Shown: positions 9,966 to 18,674 of the stretch, piece after piece
How positions within the stretch are numbered: the stretch's first letter is position 1
Layout of the letters: each line of letters opens with the position of its first letter
Assembly: GCA_031418495.1 (NCBI GenBank)
Contig: JANOXQ010000121.1
Span: 1,858 to 65,857 of the forward strand
Reading direction: 5' to 3'
DNA: 64,000 nt
Source: Sphingomonadales bacterium
Lineage (GTDB): Bacteria; Pseudomonadota; Alphaproteobacteria; Sphingomonadales; Sphingomonadaceae
The notes under the pieces: model-generated
The model's input: the letters and a program-made list of their open reading frames with translations, nothing else
What the model was told of the DNA's origin: nothing
Databases searched by the model: none
Position numbers and translations under genes: made by a program

Positions 9966-10316
9966 ATGTGGATTAAATTCGTTTTTCTGTTTATCGCACT
10001 ACCAAACTTGTTAATGATACCGGGATGCGGAGATGCCACAATGCCGTTTGACAAAACCAAATGGGCTTCCGGCAAAGGCAATTATAGCGGCAAAAATCCG
10101 CGCGTTGAGATGGTATCCGATGCTGAGGAAGCAGGTGTAAAAATTGGTGCTACGCGTGAGCAGGTGCGTAGGTTACTCGGTACGCCTGACAGTAGCGACA
10201 CATTAATCGATACTTGGTATCTTGGCAGATCACTCTACGCGCCAGATTATACAACATTAGATGTGTATTATAATGACAAGTTCATCGTAACTAAAATTGG
10301 CAATACTCAAAGCTAA
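9966..10316 (+). CDS. SmpA/BamE-like lipoprotein, candidate immunity protein 1
   Basis: Signal peptide with lipobox IPGC; VKIGATREQVRRLLGTPD resembles the SmpA/OmlA core. Confidence 0.7.
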   Translation: MWIKFVFLFIALPNLLMIPGCGDATMPFDKTKWASGKGNYSGKNPRVEMVSDAEEAGVKIGATREQVRRLLGTPDSSDTLIDTWYLGRSLYAPDYTTLDVYYNDKFIVTKIGNTQS

Positions 10317-10650
10317 TAAATCAGTTACAATATTTAGTGCCGAATGGACGGCCCAATTTGCGACCGCGCATGAAGGCAATAACCCCGGCAATTCAACGCG
10401 CGAAGCAATGGATTTATATAACAATCAAATCGGGCGGCAAATTGCTATCAGCAACCCCAAAGCCTCGCCAGCGGAATTGGCTGATCTTGTCAAAAAAGCG
10501 CTTGATAACGGTGACTTAGTTGTTGTGAATAGCAAGGGCCACCTCGATTGGAGCAACAAGGTGGCGGTGGGCCATCACGGCATCTCAATTCAGTTGGATA
10601 ATATCCCAAATGCCATTAACACTCCGGCAGGGAACGCGTCTGCACGCTGA
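10297..10650 (+). pseudogene. orphan C-terminal fragment of a DUF6973-like toxin
   Basis: Homology to protein B begins only near 10335 (F-AEWT-QFATAHEG..EAMDLYNN..TPAGNASAR); the DAFRH motif and N-terminus are absent. Confidence 0.8.
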
Positions 10651-10667
10651 CCTTTGGAGCATGACCG

Positions 10668-11009
10668 ATGTTGATCGCTAGAGTTATGGCGCTTATACTG
10701 CTGGCATCGCCACTAGCTTGTGGGAGTGCATCAGTGTCGTTTGACAAAGAGAAATGGGCGTCAGGCAGAGGCAATTTTCGGGGAGAAAATCCAAGAGGTT
10801 GGATGGTTTCTGATGCCGAAGAGGCGGGCGTAAAGGTGGGCGCAACCCGCGCAAGCATACGAGCTTTACTAGGCGAGCCGGATAGCACAGGGCCGAGAGG
10901 TGATAGTTGGACTTTAGGGCGCGGTGGTTATGCACCAGACTATGAAACGCTCAGAATTAAATATGATGAAGACGAGATTGCCACCGAAGTTCGCGTTTTC
11001 CAATCATAA
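10668..11009 (+). CDS. SmpA/BamE-like lipoprotein, candidate immunity protein 2
   Basis: Lipobox PLAC; FDKEKWASGRGN..GATRASIRALLGEPD; paralog of 9966-10316. Confidence 0.7.
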   Translation: MLIARVMALILLASPLACGSASVSFDKEKWASGRGNFRGENPRGWMVSDAEEAGVKVGATRASIRALLGEPDSTGPRGDSWTLGRGGYAPDYETLRIKYDEDEIATEVRVFQS

Positions 11010-11067
11010 CTCTCCGGCAGGAAACGCGTTCCCCCGCTGACCTAGTGAGCGCGAGAGGAATAGTCTG

Positions 11068-11409
11068 ATGTTAATCGCAAAAGTGATGGCTTTCGCGCTA
11101 CTGGCATCACTATCCGCGTGTGGGAGTGCATCAGTGTCTTTTGACAAAGAAAAATGGGCATCGGGGAAAGGCAATTATGACGGAGAAAATCCCCGTGGGT
11201 GGATGGTATCAGATGCTAGAGAAGCTGGCGTAAAGGTGGGGGCAACTCGTATAAGCATCCGAGCCTTGCTCGGTGTACCTGATAGCACTGGGCCAGATGG
11301 TGATATTTGGTACCTTGGGCGGGGAGGTTATGCTCCAGATTATGAAACATTTGAGATAAAATATGACGGGAATGGCATCGCTACTGAAGTGCGCGTTCTC
11401 CAAAGTTAA
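11068..11409 (+). CDS. SmpA/BamE-like lipoprotein, candidate immunity protein 3
   Basis: Lipobox LSAC; very similar to immunity protein 2. Confidence 0.7.
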   Translation: MLIAKVMAFALLASLSACGSASVSFDKEKWASGKGNYDGENPRGWMVSDAREAGVKVGATRISIRALLGVPDSTGPDGDIWYLGRGGYAPDYETFEIKYDGNGIATEVRVLQS

Positions 11410-11468
11410 CACTCCGGCAGGGAATGCGTCCGCTCGCTGACCTAGGGAGCAGGACAGGAGTATGGCCA

Positions 11469-11786
11469 ATGTTGTTTGCAAAAGCACTGCTGGCCTCGCT
11501 ATGCGCATGTGGGAGCTTTGCGGTGTCGTTTGACAAAGAGAAATGGGCGTCAGGCAGAGGCAATTATAGCAGGAAAAATCCGCGTACCGAGGCTGAGGCG
11601 GCAGGTGTTAAGCTCGGTGCTACACGAGATCAGGTGCGTGGTCAGCTCGGTCAGCCGGATAGTAGCGACACATCAATTGATACTTGGCATCTCGGTAGAT
11701 CAGTTTATGCGCCCGATTACATGACCCTAGATGTCTATTATGACAACAAGGCAATTGTCACCAGAATTGGCAGCACCCAAAGCTGA
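11469..11786 (+). CDS. SmpA/BamE-like lipoprotein, candidate immunity protein 4 (mosaic)
   Basis: ATG 11469 follows CAGGAG; lipobox LCAC; N-half resembles proteins 2/3 and C-half resembles protein 1. Confidence 0.65.
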   Translation: MLFAKALLASLCACGSFAVSFDKEKWASGRGNYSRKNPRTEAEAAGVKLGATRDQVRGQLGQPDSSDTSIDTWHLGRSVYAPDYMTLDVYYDNKAIVTRIGSTQS

Positions 11787-11813
11787 TCAATCAGCCTTGG
11801 GTGCCAAACCTAC

Positions 11814-12098
11814 TTAACGACAGCGACGCTTACGTAGAAGTTCGCGGCCCAGAAGCGCGCCACCGGCGGCACCGAGGATTGTACCCGTGGTGCGTTCGCC
11901 GCGTGTATCGACCGCGCGACCGAGCAGAGCGCCGCCTGCGGCCCCAACCACCAAACCAACGGTGCCGTTTGATTTGCGGCAGTAAACACGGCCATCTTTA
12001 CCGCGCCATTCTGAACGCGCCTGCGCAGGTGCCGTTGGCACGACAAATGCGGGGGCAAGCAGGGCAGCAGCGGTGATGATTGAAAGCATAGTACGCAT
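11814..12098 (-). CDS. glycine-zipper 2TM domain small secreted protein
   Basis: Signal peptide MRTMLSII..AQA; WRGKDGRVYCRKSNGTVGLVVGAAGGALLG glycine zipper; start at ATG 12098 after AAGGA. Confidence 0.85.
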   Translation of the reverse strand: MRTMLSIITAAALLAPAFVVPTAPAQARSEWRGKDGRVYCRKSNGTVGLVVGAAGGALLGRAVDTRGERTTGTILGAAGGALLGRELLRKRRCR

Positions 12099-12212
12099 GG
12101 TCACATCCTTTTGTTGAAATTCCGATGTGTCTATAATGACGCTCTGAAGCTGAACCTTACCCAACCAATCTCAACGACTTAACACTCAACTAGCGCGCTT
12201 TATCGCCAAAAA

Positions 12213-13361
12213 CTAACGCCAGCGCAGATTGTTACGATCAAGATCAGCAATAGAGCGTGCGCCCATCAGTTTCATGCCGCGTGCAATCTCATCGCGCAGC
12301 AGCCCAACCGCGAGCGCGACTCCGGGTTGCCCTGCCGCCGCCAGTGCATAAAGATAAAGCCGCCCGCCCGAACAGGCCTTCGCCCCGACCGAGAGTGCCT
12401 TCAGCACATGCGTGCCGCGCGTAATCCCGCCGTCGCAGATCACGTCGATCCGGTCGCCAACAGCATCAACAATTTCGGCAAGCTGATCGAACGGCGCGCG
12501 GCTGCCATCAAGCTGACGTCCACCGTGGTTAGACACCATGATCGCGGTTGCGCCGATATCAACCGCGCGCCGTGCATCCTCAACCGACATGATCCCTTTG
12601 AGGCAGAATTGCCCGCCCCAATCGGCGCGAATGGCTTCAGCGGTTTTCCAGTCCATCGATTGATCAAGCATCGTGTTGAAATAATCAGCGATTGAGAGCG
12701 CAACATTGGTGCCCTCGGAAACATGATCCTTGAGGTTGGACAGCTCAAATTGGGTTCGGAAGAAATAGTTGAAAGCCCATGCCGGGTGGAGCGCGAAGCT
12801 CGCGATGCTCCCAGGGGTCAGCCGCATCGGCGTCGTAAAACCAGTCCGCAAATCGCGCTCACGCCGCCCGCTGACGATGGTATCGACGGTCAGCGTCATG
12901 ACATCAAATTTCGCCGCCTTGCACCGCGCGACCAGTGCTGCGTTCAGCCCTTTGTCTTTGTGAACATAAAGCTGAAACATTTTGGGCGTGCTGATTGTGC
13001 GGCCAATCTCTTCAATGCTGATCGTCGCGAGTGAAGATATGCCGAAGAATGTGCCATTGGCCTGTGCCACTGCACCGACCGCTGCTTCGCCATCGCGGTG
13101 GAACATCCGCTGGATCGCAGTCGGCGAAAGGAACAGCGGCATAGCAATCTTCTGCCCCATCACCGTCGTTGACATATCAATATGCTCAACGCCTGCGAGG
13201 ACATTAGGGATGAGATCGCACGTGTCATAAGCCGTCGTATTGCGCCGCCGCGTCACTTCATCGTCAGCGGCGCCGTCGATATAGTGGAACACCGGCCCCG
13301 GTAGGCGCTTTTGCGCGAGGCGGCGGAAATCATCGATATTTTGGCAGTCAGTCAGTCGCAT
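12213..13361 (-). CDS. FMN-dependent alpha-hydroxy acid oxidase/dehydrogenase (LldD-like)
   Basis: FHYIDGAADDEVT, LKGIMSVEDA, VSNHGGRQLD and DGGITRGTHVLKAL motifs. Confidence 0.92.
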   Translation of the reverse strand: MRLTDCQNIDDFRRLAQKRLPGPVFHYIDGAADDEVTRRRNTTAYDTCDLIPNVLAGVEHIDMSTTVMGQKIAMPLFLSPTAIQRMFHRDGEAAVGAVAQANGTFFGISSLATISIEEIGRTISTPKMFQLYVHKDKGLNAALVARCKAAKFDVMTLTVDTIVSGRRERDLRTGFTTPMRLTPGSIASFALHPAWAFNYFFRTQFELSNLKDHVSEGTNVALSIADYFNTMLDQSMDWKTAEAIRADWGGQFCLKGIMSVEDARRAVDIGATAIMVSNHGGRQLDGSRAPFDQLAEIVDAVGDRIDVICDGGITRGTHVLKALSVGAKACSGGRLYLYALAAAGQPGVALAVGLLRDEIARGMKLMGARSIADLDRNNLRWR

Positions 13362-13419
13362 AGGCGTCTATTGGCTTGTTTTGCGTTTGGCCGCACCTAT
13401 AAAATTGGTTTAGCCCACA

Positions 13420-13512
13420 CCGTCATGCTGAACTCGTTTCAGCATCCATCTCTCCGCAAACTCTGTCTTCCCATGTTGAGAGATAGACCCTGAAACAAGT
13501 TCAGGGTGACGG
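13420..13512. repeat. CGTC-tagged REP doublet (inverted pair) between lldD-like and Hsp20 genes
   Basis: CCGTCATGCTGAACTCGTTTCAGCAT at 13420 and ACCCTGAAACAAGTTCAGGGTGACGG at 13487-13512. Confidence 0.75.
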
Positions 13513-13548
13513 TGTGGGTGGTTGGTCAAGTCCTCAACTTATTAAGGC

Positions 13549-14019
13549 TTACGCCGCCTTAAGCTGCGGGATTGTCTCAGCCGTCGCGCCGCCGAGCACG
13601 ATCTTGCGTGGCTTCATCGCCTCGGGCACTTCGCGCACCAGATCAATGGTGAGCAAACCATCGGCCACATCTGCCGCGTTCACCCGCACATAATCGGCAA
13701 GCTGGAAACGCCGTTCAAATGCACGGTTGGCGATGCCCCGGTGCACATAGTGCGGGGTCTCGCTGCCTTCGACCGTTTCGGCCTTGCGCGCGGCAACCGT
13801 GAGCAGGTTCTGATGCGCGGTCACTTCAATCTCATCACGAGCAAAACCAGCAACCGCGATAGTGATGCGGTAACTATCATCGCCTGACTTTTCGATGTCA
13901 TAGGGCGGATAATTGCTGTCGCTCGCAGTGGCCCGGGCATTATGTTCGAGCACATCGAACAGACGGTCAAAGCCAACCATCGAACGGCGATAAGGGGTAA
14001 AATCAAAAGCGTTTCGCAT
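13549..14019 (-). CDS. ibpA: small heat-shock protein Hsp20 (IbpA-like)
   Basis: MRNAFDFTPYRRSMVGFDRLFD, NYPPYDIEK, AVAGF and HRGIANRAFERRFQLAD motifs; start at ATG 14019. Confidence 0.93.
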   Translation of the reverse strand: MRNAFDFTPYRRSMVGFDRLFDVLEHNARATASDSNYPPYDIEKSGDDSYRITIAVAGFARDEIEVTAHQNLLTVAARKAETVEGSETPHYVHRGIANRAFERRFQLADYVRVNAADVADGLLTIDLVREVPEAMKPRKIVLGGATAETIPQLKAA

Positions 14020-14104
14020 GAGTATGTCCTTCATAAGCAACATAATTTATGCGCGCCCACCATTGGAACCGCGCATATCAGACCCAATATGGCGTCTGAC
14101 ACAT
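14020..14104 (-). ncRNA. ROSE-like RNA thermometer in the Hsp20 5' UTR
   Basis: The minus strand gives three hairpins; the last, UAUGU-UGCU-UAUG-AAGG-ACAUA, pairs the U(U/C)GCU ROSE motif with the Shine-Dalgarno. Confidence 0.75.
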
Positions 14105-14108
14105 CATG

Positions 14109-14136
14109 AGATGGGAAGCGCCATTTCGAAAACAAG
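14109..14136 (-). promoter_or_regulatory. RpoH (sigma-32) type promoter
   Basis: Minus strand CTTG-N17-CCCATCT directly upstream of the ROSE element. Confidence 0.75.
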
Positions 14137-14313
14137 AGTTATTATGTAAAATTTTATCAGGCTATGTTGATCGGAACTCGACCTCCAAAGACACTGCAAA
14201 TCTGCACATTTACCTGCCCACCCCCTGCCGTTTCGCCTTGCCTATGATATGCCAAGTAGAATACGGATTGGTCGTCCCCGCATGACAATCCCTCCTGTGC
14301 AATAGAGCTATGC

Positions 14314-15033
14314 TTGAACGCTGAACTTTCCCCTTTTCGCGAACACTTGAGGCAGCGCGGTGTTGCGATCCTGCTCACGCTGCTGATTGAGGGGCTGCTT
14401 GTCTTGCTGTTGTTGAGCTTGGTGGTGGAGCCAGAGGCTAAGCGTGAAAGCGCGGCCCGCCTGACGAGCTTTTCGCTTGAACCCGCCGCGCAGACCGCCA
14501 AGCCAAGCAAGGCCGCAGCCAAGCCCAAGGCCGAGCGGCCAACCCCGCCCAAAGATATCCCACCGCCAGAAATCCCGGTTCCGCCTTCGCCCAACAAGGG
14601 CTTTATTGAGATGAGCCGGGAAGAGATGGCGGCGGGCGATATCAGCACACTGCCAAAATATGAGAGCACGGCGGCGGGCGGGGGCAGCGCAGGCGATTCT
14701 GAAAGAGCATCAGGGCAAGCACCAAATGGTGAGCCGCTCTACCACGCTGAGTGGAAACGCGAGCCGACTGACGGCGAACTGGCCTTTTATTTGCCCAAGA
14801 ACCGCCCGTCGGGCAGTTGGGCCATTATCGCGTGTCGCACGATTGCGGATTATCAGGTCGAAAATTGTCAGTCGATTGGCGAATCCCCTCCGGGTTCAGG
14901 GATTGCGCACGCGATGCGCCGGGCTGCTTGGCAATTTCGTGTCCGCCCGCCGCGCGTCGGCAACAAGCCGCTTGTCGGTGCATGGGTGAGCATCCGCTTC
15001 GATTTCACCAAGATCCGACAGGAGGAGAATTAG
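14314..15033 (+). CDS. TonB-like membrane-anchored protein (Pro/Lys-rich linker, TonB C-terminal-like domain)
   Basis: One TM helix, AKPSKAAAKPK..PPPEIPVPP linker, C-terminal ..AAWQFRVRPPRVGNKPLVGAWVSIRFDF. Confidence 0.6.
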   Translation: MNAELSPFREHLRQRGVAILLTLLIEGLLVLLLLSLVVEPEAKRESAARLTSFSLEPAAQTAKPSKAAAKPKAERPTPPKDIPPPEIPVPPSPNKGFIEMSREEMAAGDISTLPKYESTAAGGGSAGDSERASGQAPNGEPLYHAEWKREPTDGELAFYLPKNRPSGSWAIIACRTIADYQVENCQSIGESPPGSGIAHAMRRAAWQFRVRPPRVGNKPLVGAWVSIRFDFTKIRQEEN

Positions 15034-15042
15034 AACCCACCC

Positions 15043-15717
15043 CTACCAGTCAAGGATTGGCCATTTTCGTTGCATCGCCACCACGCGCAGCTTTGGTGAG
15101 GGGTGGACGGCGATGGGTTCATCGGCCCAATCAAAGGTTGGAAGATCAGATATATGATCCGAATAAAAACGGACGTGGACACTGTCACGATCAAGGTCTT
15201 GGTCGGCAAACCAGCGCTCAACCATCGCCCGCTTGGCCGCGCCATAGCAATTTTCACCGGGAATTTGGGGGGTAAGCTGGTCACTGTCCCACACCGATCC
15301 CGTCGCGATGACATAGGTTACGCCCAGCGCCGCCGCAATTGGCTCAACATAAAAACGGTGTGACGCGGTGGCGATCACCACGCGTTGTCCTGCTGCGTTT
15401 GCTGCTGCAATCACCCGCTTTGCCTCGGCGTAGCTGTTGTTCTCAAACGTTGCTTTGGCAAAGGAAGCGGTGACGCGTTTGATCCGCGCAGCATCAACTT
15501 TGCGTCCAAGCATCAGCGACTGCATCGCTTGCTTGAGCGCCTTACGGTCAATCCGTTTTAGCCCATAACCTGCAAAATAAGGGATCAGCGCCGGGATCAG
15601 CAACAGCCGCCACGGCGCCAGCCGAAGCGCTGCATGGATCAGGAACGGCGTATAGGTTGGCAGGCGCGTGATCGTGCGATCAAGATCAAAGAGGTGGAGA
15701 GTCTGCTTATCGGCCAT
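15043..15717 (-). CDS. HAD-IB family phosphatase
   Basis: FDLDRT (motif I), IATAS, K and YSDHISD (motif IV); start at ATG 15717. Confidence 0.88.
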   Translation of the reverse strand: MADKQTLHLFDLDRTITRLPTYTPFLIHAALRLAPWRLLLIPALIPYFAGYGLKRIDRKALKQAMQSLMLGRKVDAARIKRVTASFAKATFENNSYAEAKRVIAAANAAGQRVVIATASHRFYVEPIAAALGVTYVIATGSVWDSDQLTPQIPGENCYGAAKRAMVERWFADQDLDRDSVHVRFYSDHISDLPTFDWADEPIAVHPSPKLRVVAMQRKWPILDW

Positions 15718-15802
15718 GCCGCGCTCTTCCTGTTTTGCCGCCAAAAAGCAAGGCGCACCCATTCACCATATTTCAGCCCCATTTTTCAAGCAGTGCCGCG
15801 CC

Positions 15803-16537
15803 ATGATCAAGAGAGCTATTATCCTGAGCGCCGGGCAGGGATCCCGCCTGTTGCCGCTGACTGAAAGCCTGCCCAAATGCCTGATCGCATTTTCGGGCAA
15901 GACGCTGCTTGAGTGGCAGGTGAATGCGCTTGTCGCGGGCGGGATTGAGCGGATTGATGTCGTCACTGGTTTTATGACTGAAAAGGTTGAGGCCGAGCTT
16001 GCCCGGCTCGCCCGTCCCGGCGTCACGCTGACCGCACTATTTAACCCGTTCTACAAAGTTGCTGACAATCTCGGCTCCTGCTGGATTGCGCGCGCGGCGA
16101 TGGATGAGGATTTTCTGATCCTTAACGGCGATACGCTGATTTCGGATGCGATTGTCGCGCGCGTGCTTGCGGACAGCGATTGGCCAGTGCGCGTTACCGT
16201 CGATATCAAGTCTGCCTATGACAGCGATGATATGAAGGTCGAGCGCGACGGCGAGCGGTTGATCGCGATTGGCAAGACGCTGTCAGCGGCGCAGAGCAAT
16301 GCTGAATCAATCGGCTTTCTCGCATTTCGCGGAGACGGCGCAGCGTTGTTCCGCGATACTGTCGAGGCATTCATGCGGACGCCCGCCGGCGTTGAGAATT
16401 GGTATCTAAAGGTGATCGATGCCCTCGCTCCCACCGAAAAGATCGGCACCTGCGCAATTGACGGTCTTGATTGGGCCGAGGTTGATTTCCTCAATGATGT
16501 CCAAACCGCCGAGGAACTGACGCGAGGTTGGGTCTAA
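15803..16537 (+). CDS. NTP transferase, phosphocholine cytidylyltransferase (LicC-like) family
   Basis: MIKRAIILSAGQGSRLLPLTESLPKCL, ILNGD and DDMKV motifs; start at ATG 15803. Confidence 0.88.
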   Translation: MIKRAIILSAGQGSRLLPLTESLPKCLIAFSGKTLLEWQVNALVAGGIERIDVVTGFMTEKVEAELARLARPGVTLTALFNPFYKVADNLGSCWIARAAMDEDFLILNGDTLISDAIVARVLADSDWPVRVTVDIKSAYDSDDMKVERDGERLIAIGKTLSAAQSNAESIGFLAFRGDGAALFRDTVEAFMRTPAGVENWYLKVIDALAPTEKIGTCAIDGLDWAEVDFLNDVQTAEELTRGWV

Positions 16538-16561
16538 TCTCCCCGAAGGCAAAATATTTTA

Positions 16562-16912
16562 GTCATCCCCGCGCAGGCTGGAATCCATCTCCAGATCAGG
16601 CGTACCAAGAACTATGACTGGCGCCAATATCTCCCGCGCGCCAAATCCAAACGCGGATACCGCCGTAAACAAGGCGGATCAGCCCTCTCGATCCAACACC
16701 GCGTGCCAATCGCCGAGCGCCCTAAAACTGTCAATGACCGCCAATCCTCTCGCGACCCAGCTCATCACATGGCTTAAAACACTGCCACAGCAAAGGCGTG
16801 CAACGATACCCCTAGAAAATGCCTCGACTTCAACACCCCTGATGAGGCATTCCAAATTCAACTGTTGCACTTCAAATGTGAATCGATCTTCCCGCCTGCG
16901 CGGGAATGACGG
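16562..16912. repeat. inverted pair of CGTC-type REPs enclosing about 300 bp
   Basis: GTCATCCCCGCGCAGGCTGGAATC at 16562 and CCCGCCTGCGCGGGAATGACGG ending at 16912. Confidence 0.7.
16733..16799 (+). repeat. 67-bp dispersed direct repeat, copy 1 (encodes MTANPLATQLITWLKTLPQQRR)
   Basis: 65/67 identical to 26300-26366; both differences are synonymous in this frame. Confidence 0.9.
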
Positions 16913-16944
16913 CTTTTTGATAAGATAGCATACTCAAAAGCAGC

Positions 16945-16958
16945 ATTGTCTAGACAAT
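16945..16958. promoter_or_regulatory. perfect palindrome ATTGTCTAGACAAT, candidate GntR-type operator of the aminotransferase
   Basis: 14-bp perfect inverted repeat about 140 bp upstream of the ATG; the GTCTAGAC core resembles GntR-family operators. Confidence 0.45.
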
Positions 16959-17100
16959 TGGCCCGCTTTAGGCATAGCATTAGACTATGCAACGATGTTT
17001 CATCATCAGCCGGGTCAACCGCTATCTCGCCAGGCTTGGCTTCTCTCCCTGATTGGGGCGCATCGCCCGTCGCAACATTTCATCACAGGAGAGACTGACC

Positions 17101-18480
17101 ATGCCCCGCAATTATGATATCGCCGAACTCAAACGCCTCGACGTTGCCCACCATTTGCCAGCCCAACAGGATTACCAACTGATCGAGGATATGGGTGGCA
17201 GCCGGATCATCACCCATGCCGATGGCTGCTACATCAATGACGGCGACGGCAACCGCATCCTCGACGGGATGGCGGGCCTGTGGTGCGTCAATATCGGCTA
17301 TGGCCGCCCTGAACTGGCCGAAGTCGCGGCCGAGCAGATGAAGGAACTGCCCTTCTACAACACCTTCTTCAAAACGGTGACGCCGCCCGCCGTCATGCTC
17401 GCGCAGAAGATCGCCAGCCTCACGCAAAACCGCCTGCCGCACATCTTTTTCAATGCCAGTGGCTCTGAAGCCAACGACACCGTGCTGCGGATGGTGCGCC
17501 ATTATTGGCAAGTGAAGGGTGAACCAAACCGCAAAATCTTCATCAGCCGCCACAACGCCTATCACGGATCAACCGTCGCGGGCGTCAGCCTTGGCGGCAT
17601 GAAATTCATGCACGCGCAGGGCGATCTCCCGATCCCCGGCATAGAGCACGTCCGCCAGCCATACTGGTACAATGAAGGCGAAGGCATGACGCAAGAGGCA
17701 TTCGGCCTTGCCTGCGCCAATGCAATTGAGGAACGCATCCTCTCGGTCGGCCCCGAAAATGTCGCAGCCTTCATTGGTGAGCCAATTCAGGGCGCGGGCG
17801 GCGTCATCATCCCGCCGCCCAATTATTGGCCAGTGGTTGAGGCGATCTGCCGCAAATATGGCATCCTGCTCGTCTGCGATGAAGTCATCTGCGGCTTTGG
17901 CCGAACGGGCAACATGTGGGGCCATGAAACGGTGGGCGTAAAGCCCGACATGATCGCGATGGCGAAGGGGCTGTCGTCGGGCTACCTGCCAATTTCGGCG
18001 TGCGCGGTTTCGGCGGAGATTGTTGACGTCCTCAAAACCGGCGGCGATTTCGTCCACGGCTTTACCTATTCGGGCCATCCGGTGTGTGCGGCAGTCGCCC
18101 TGCGCAACATCGAGATTATCGAGCGCGAAGGGCTCGTCGAGCGCACCCGCAGCGACACTGGCCCCTATCTGGCGCGCGCGCTTGCCGAACAACTCTCTGG
18201 TCACCCGCTCGTTGGTGAGGCGCGCTCAGTCGGCCTGATCGGCGCAGTCGAAATCACCAGCGACAAGGCCACCCACGCCCGCTTCGGCGGCGCAGAAGGA
18301 ACAGCCGGGCCAATGGTGCGCGATCTCTGCATCGAAAACGGCTTGATGGTGCGCGGCATCCGCGACACCATCGTCATGTGCCCCCCGCTGATCATCAGCC
18401 ATGACCAGATTGATGCGATGGTGGGGACGATCAAGAAGGCGCTTGACCTAGCAGAACCGAAATTGAGGGCGATTGGGTAG
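17101..18480 (+). CDS. class III PLP aminotransferase (putrescine/omega-amine aminotransferase-like)
   Basis: LDGMAGLWCVNIGYG, SGSEAND, YHGST, FIGEPIQGAGG, DEVICGFGRTG and AKGLSSGYLP motifs; ATG 17101 follows CAGGAG. Confidence 0.93.
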   Translation: MPRNYDIAELKRLDVAHHLPAQQDYQLIEDMGGSRIITHADGCYINDGDGNRILDGMAGLWCVNIGYGRPELAEVAAEQMKELPFYNTFFKTVTPPAVMLAQKIASLTQNRLPHIFFNASGSEANDTVLRMVRHYWQVKGEPNRKIFISRHNAYHGSTVAGVSLGGMKFMHAQGDLPIPGIEHVRQPYWYNEGEGMTQEAFGLACANAIEERILSVGPENVAAFIGEPIQGAGGVIIPPPNYWPVVEAICRKYGILLVCDEVICGFGRTGNMWGHETVGVKPDMIAMAKGLSSGYLPISACAVSAEIVDVLKTGGDFVHGFTYSGHPVCAAVALRNIEIIEREGLVERTRSDTGPYLARALAEQLSGHPLVGEARSVGLIGAVEITSDKATHARFGGAEGTAGPMVRDLCIENGLMVRGIRDTIVMCPPLIISHDQIDAMVGTIKKALDLAEPKLRAIG

Positions 18481-18516
18481 AGACATCCTACTCCGCCGCC
18501 CCGCACTAAGCCCCCC

Positions 18517-18542
18517 CCGTCGCCCCGCACTCGATGCGGGGC
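18517..18542. repeat. CGTC-type REP (CCGTCGCCCCGCAC-n-ATGCGGGGC subfamily)
   Basis: The same unit occurs at 20183 and 42527. Confidence 0.75.
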
Positions 18543-18554
18543 TAAGCTTCCCTT

Positions 18555-18647
18555 CTTCGCGCCTTCGCGCCTTCGCGTGAACCACTTGCACCTCAAGGCG
18601 CGTGGCGCGGCCTGTTTTTTTCACGCGAAGGCGCGAAGGCGCGAAGG
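18555..18647. repeat. ~90-bp hairpin element with tandem CTTCGCG arms, copy 1
   Basis: (CTTCGCGC)3-GTGA ... TCAC-(GCGAAGGC)3; the internal spacer is homologous to 25971-26060. Confidence 0.8.
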
Positions 18648-18674
18648 AGAAAGTGGCGATTTTGAGGAAAACTC

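Larger units (their letters stand above)
10617..11443 (+). repeat. three 37-bp direct repeats (10617-10653, 11007-11043, 11407-11443) corresponding to the last codons of the toxin gene
   Basis: Consensus approx. TAACwCTCCGGCAGGrAAyGCGTyy-CnCGCTGACCT, encoding (N)TPAGNA..R-stop; periods are 390 and 400 bp. Confidence 0.9.

Noticed and set aside
10617-11443. Regularly spaced 37-bp direct repeats as a CRISPR array
   Set aside because: Spacers are about 355-365 bp and contain whole genes; the repeats are toxin 3' ends; no cas genes.
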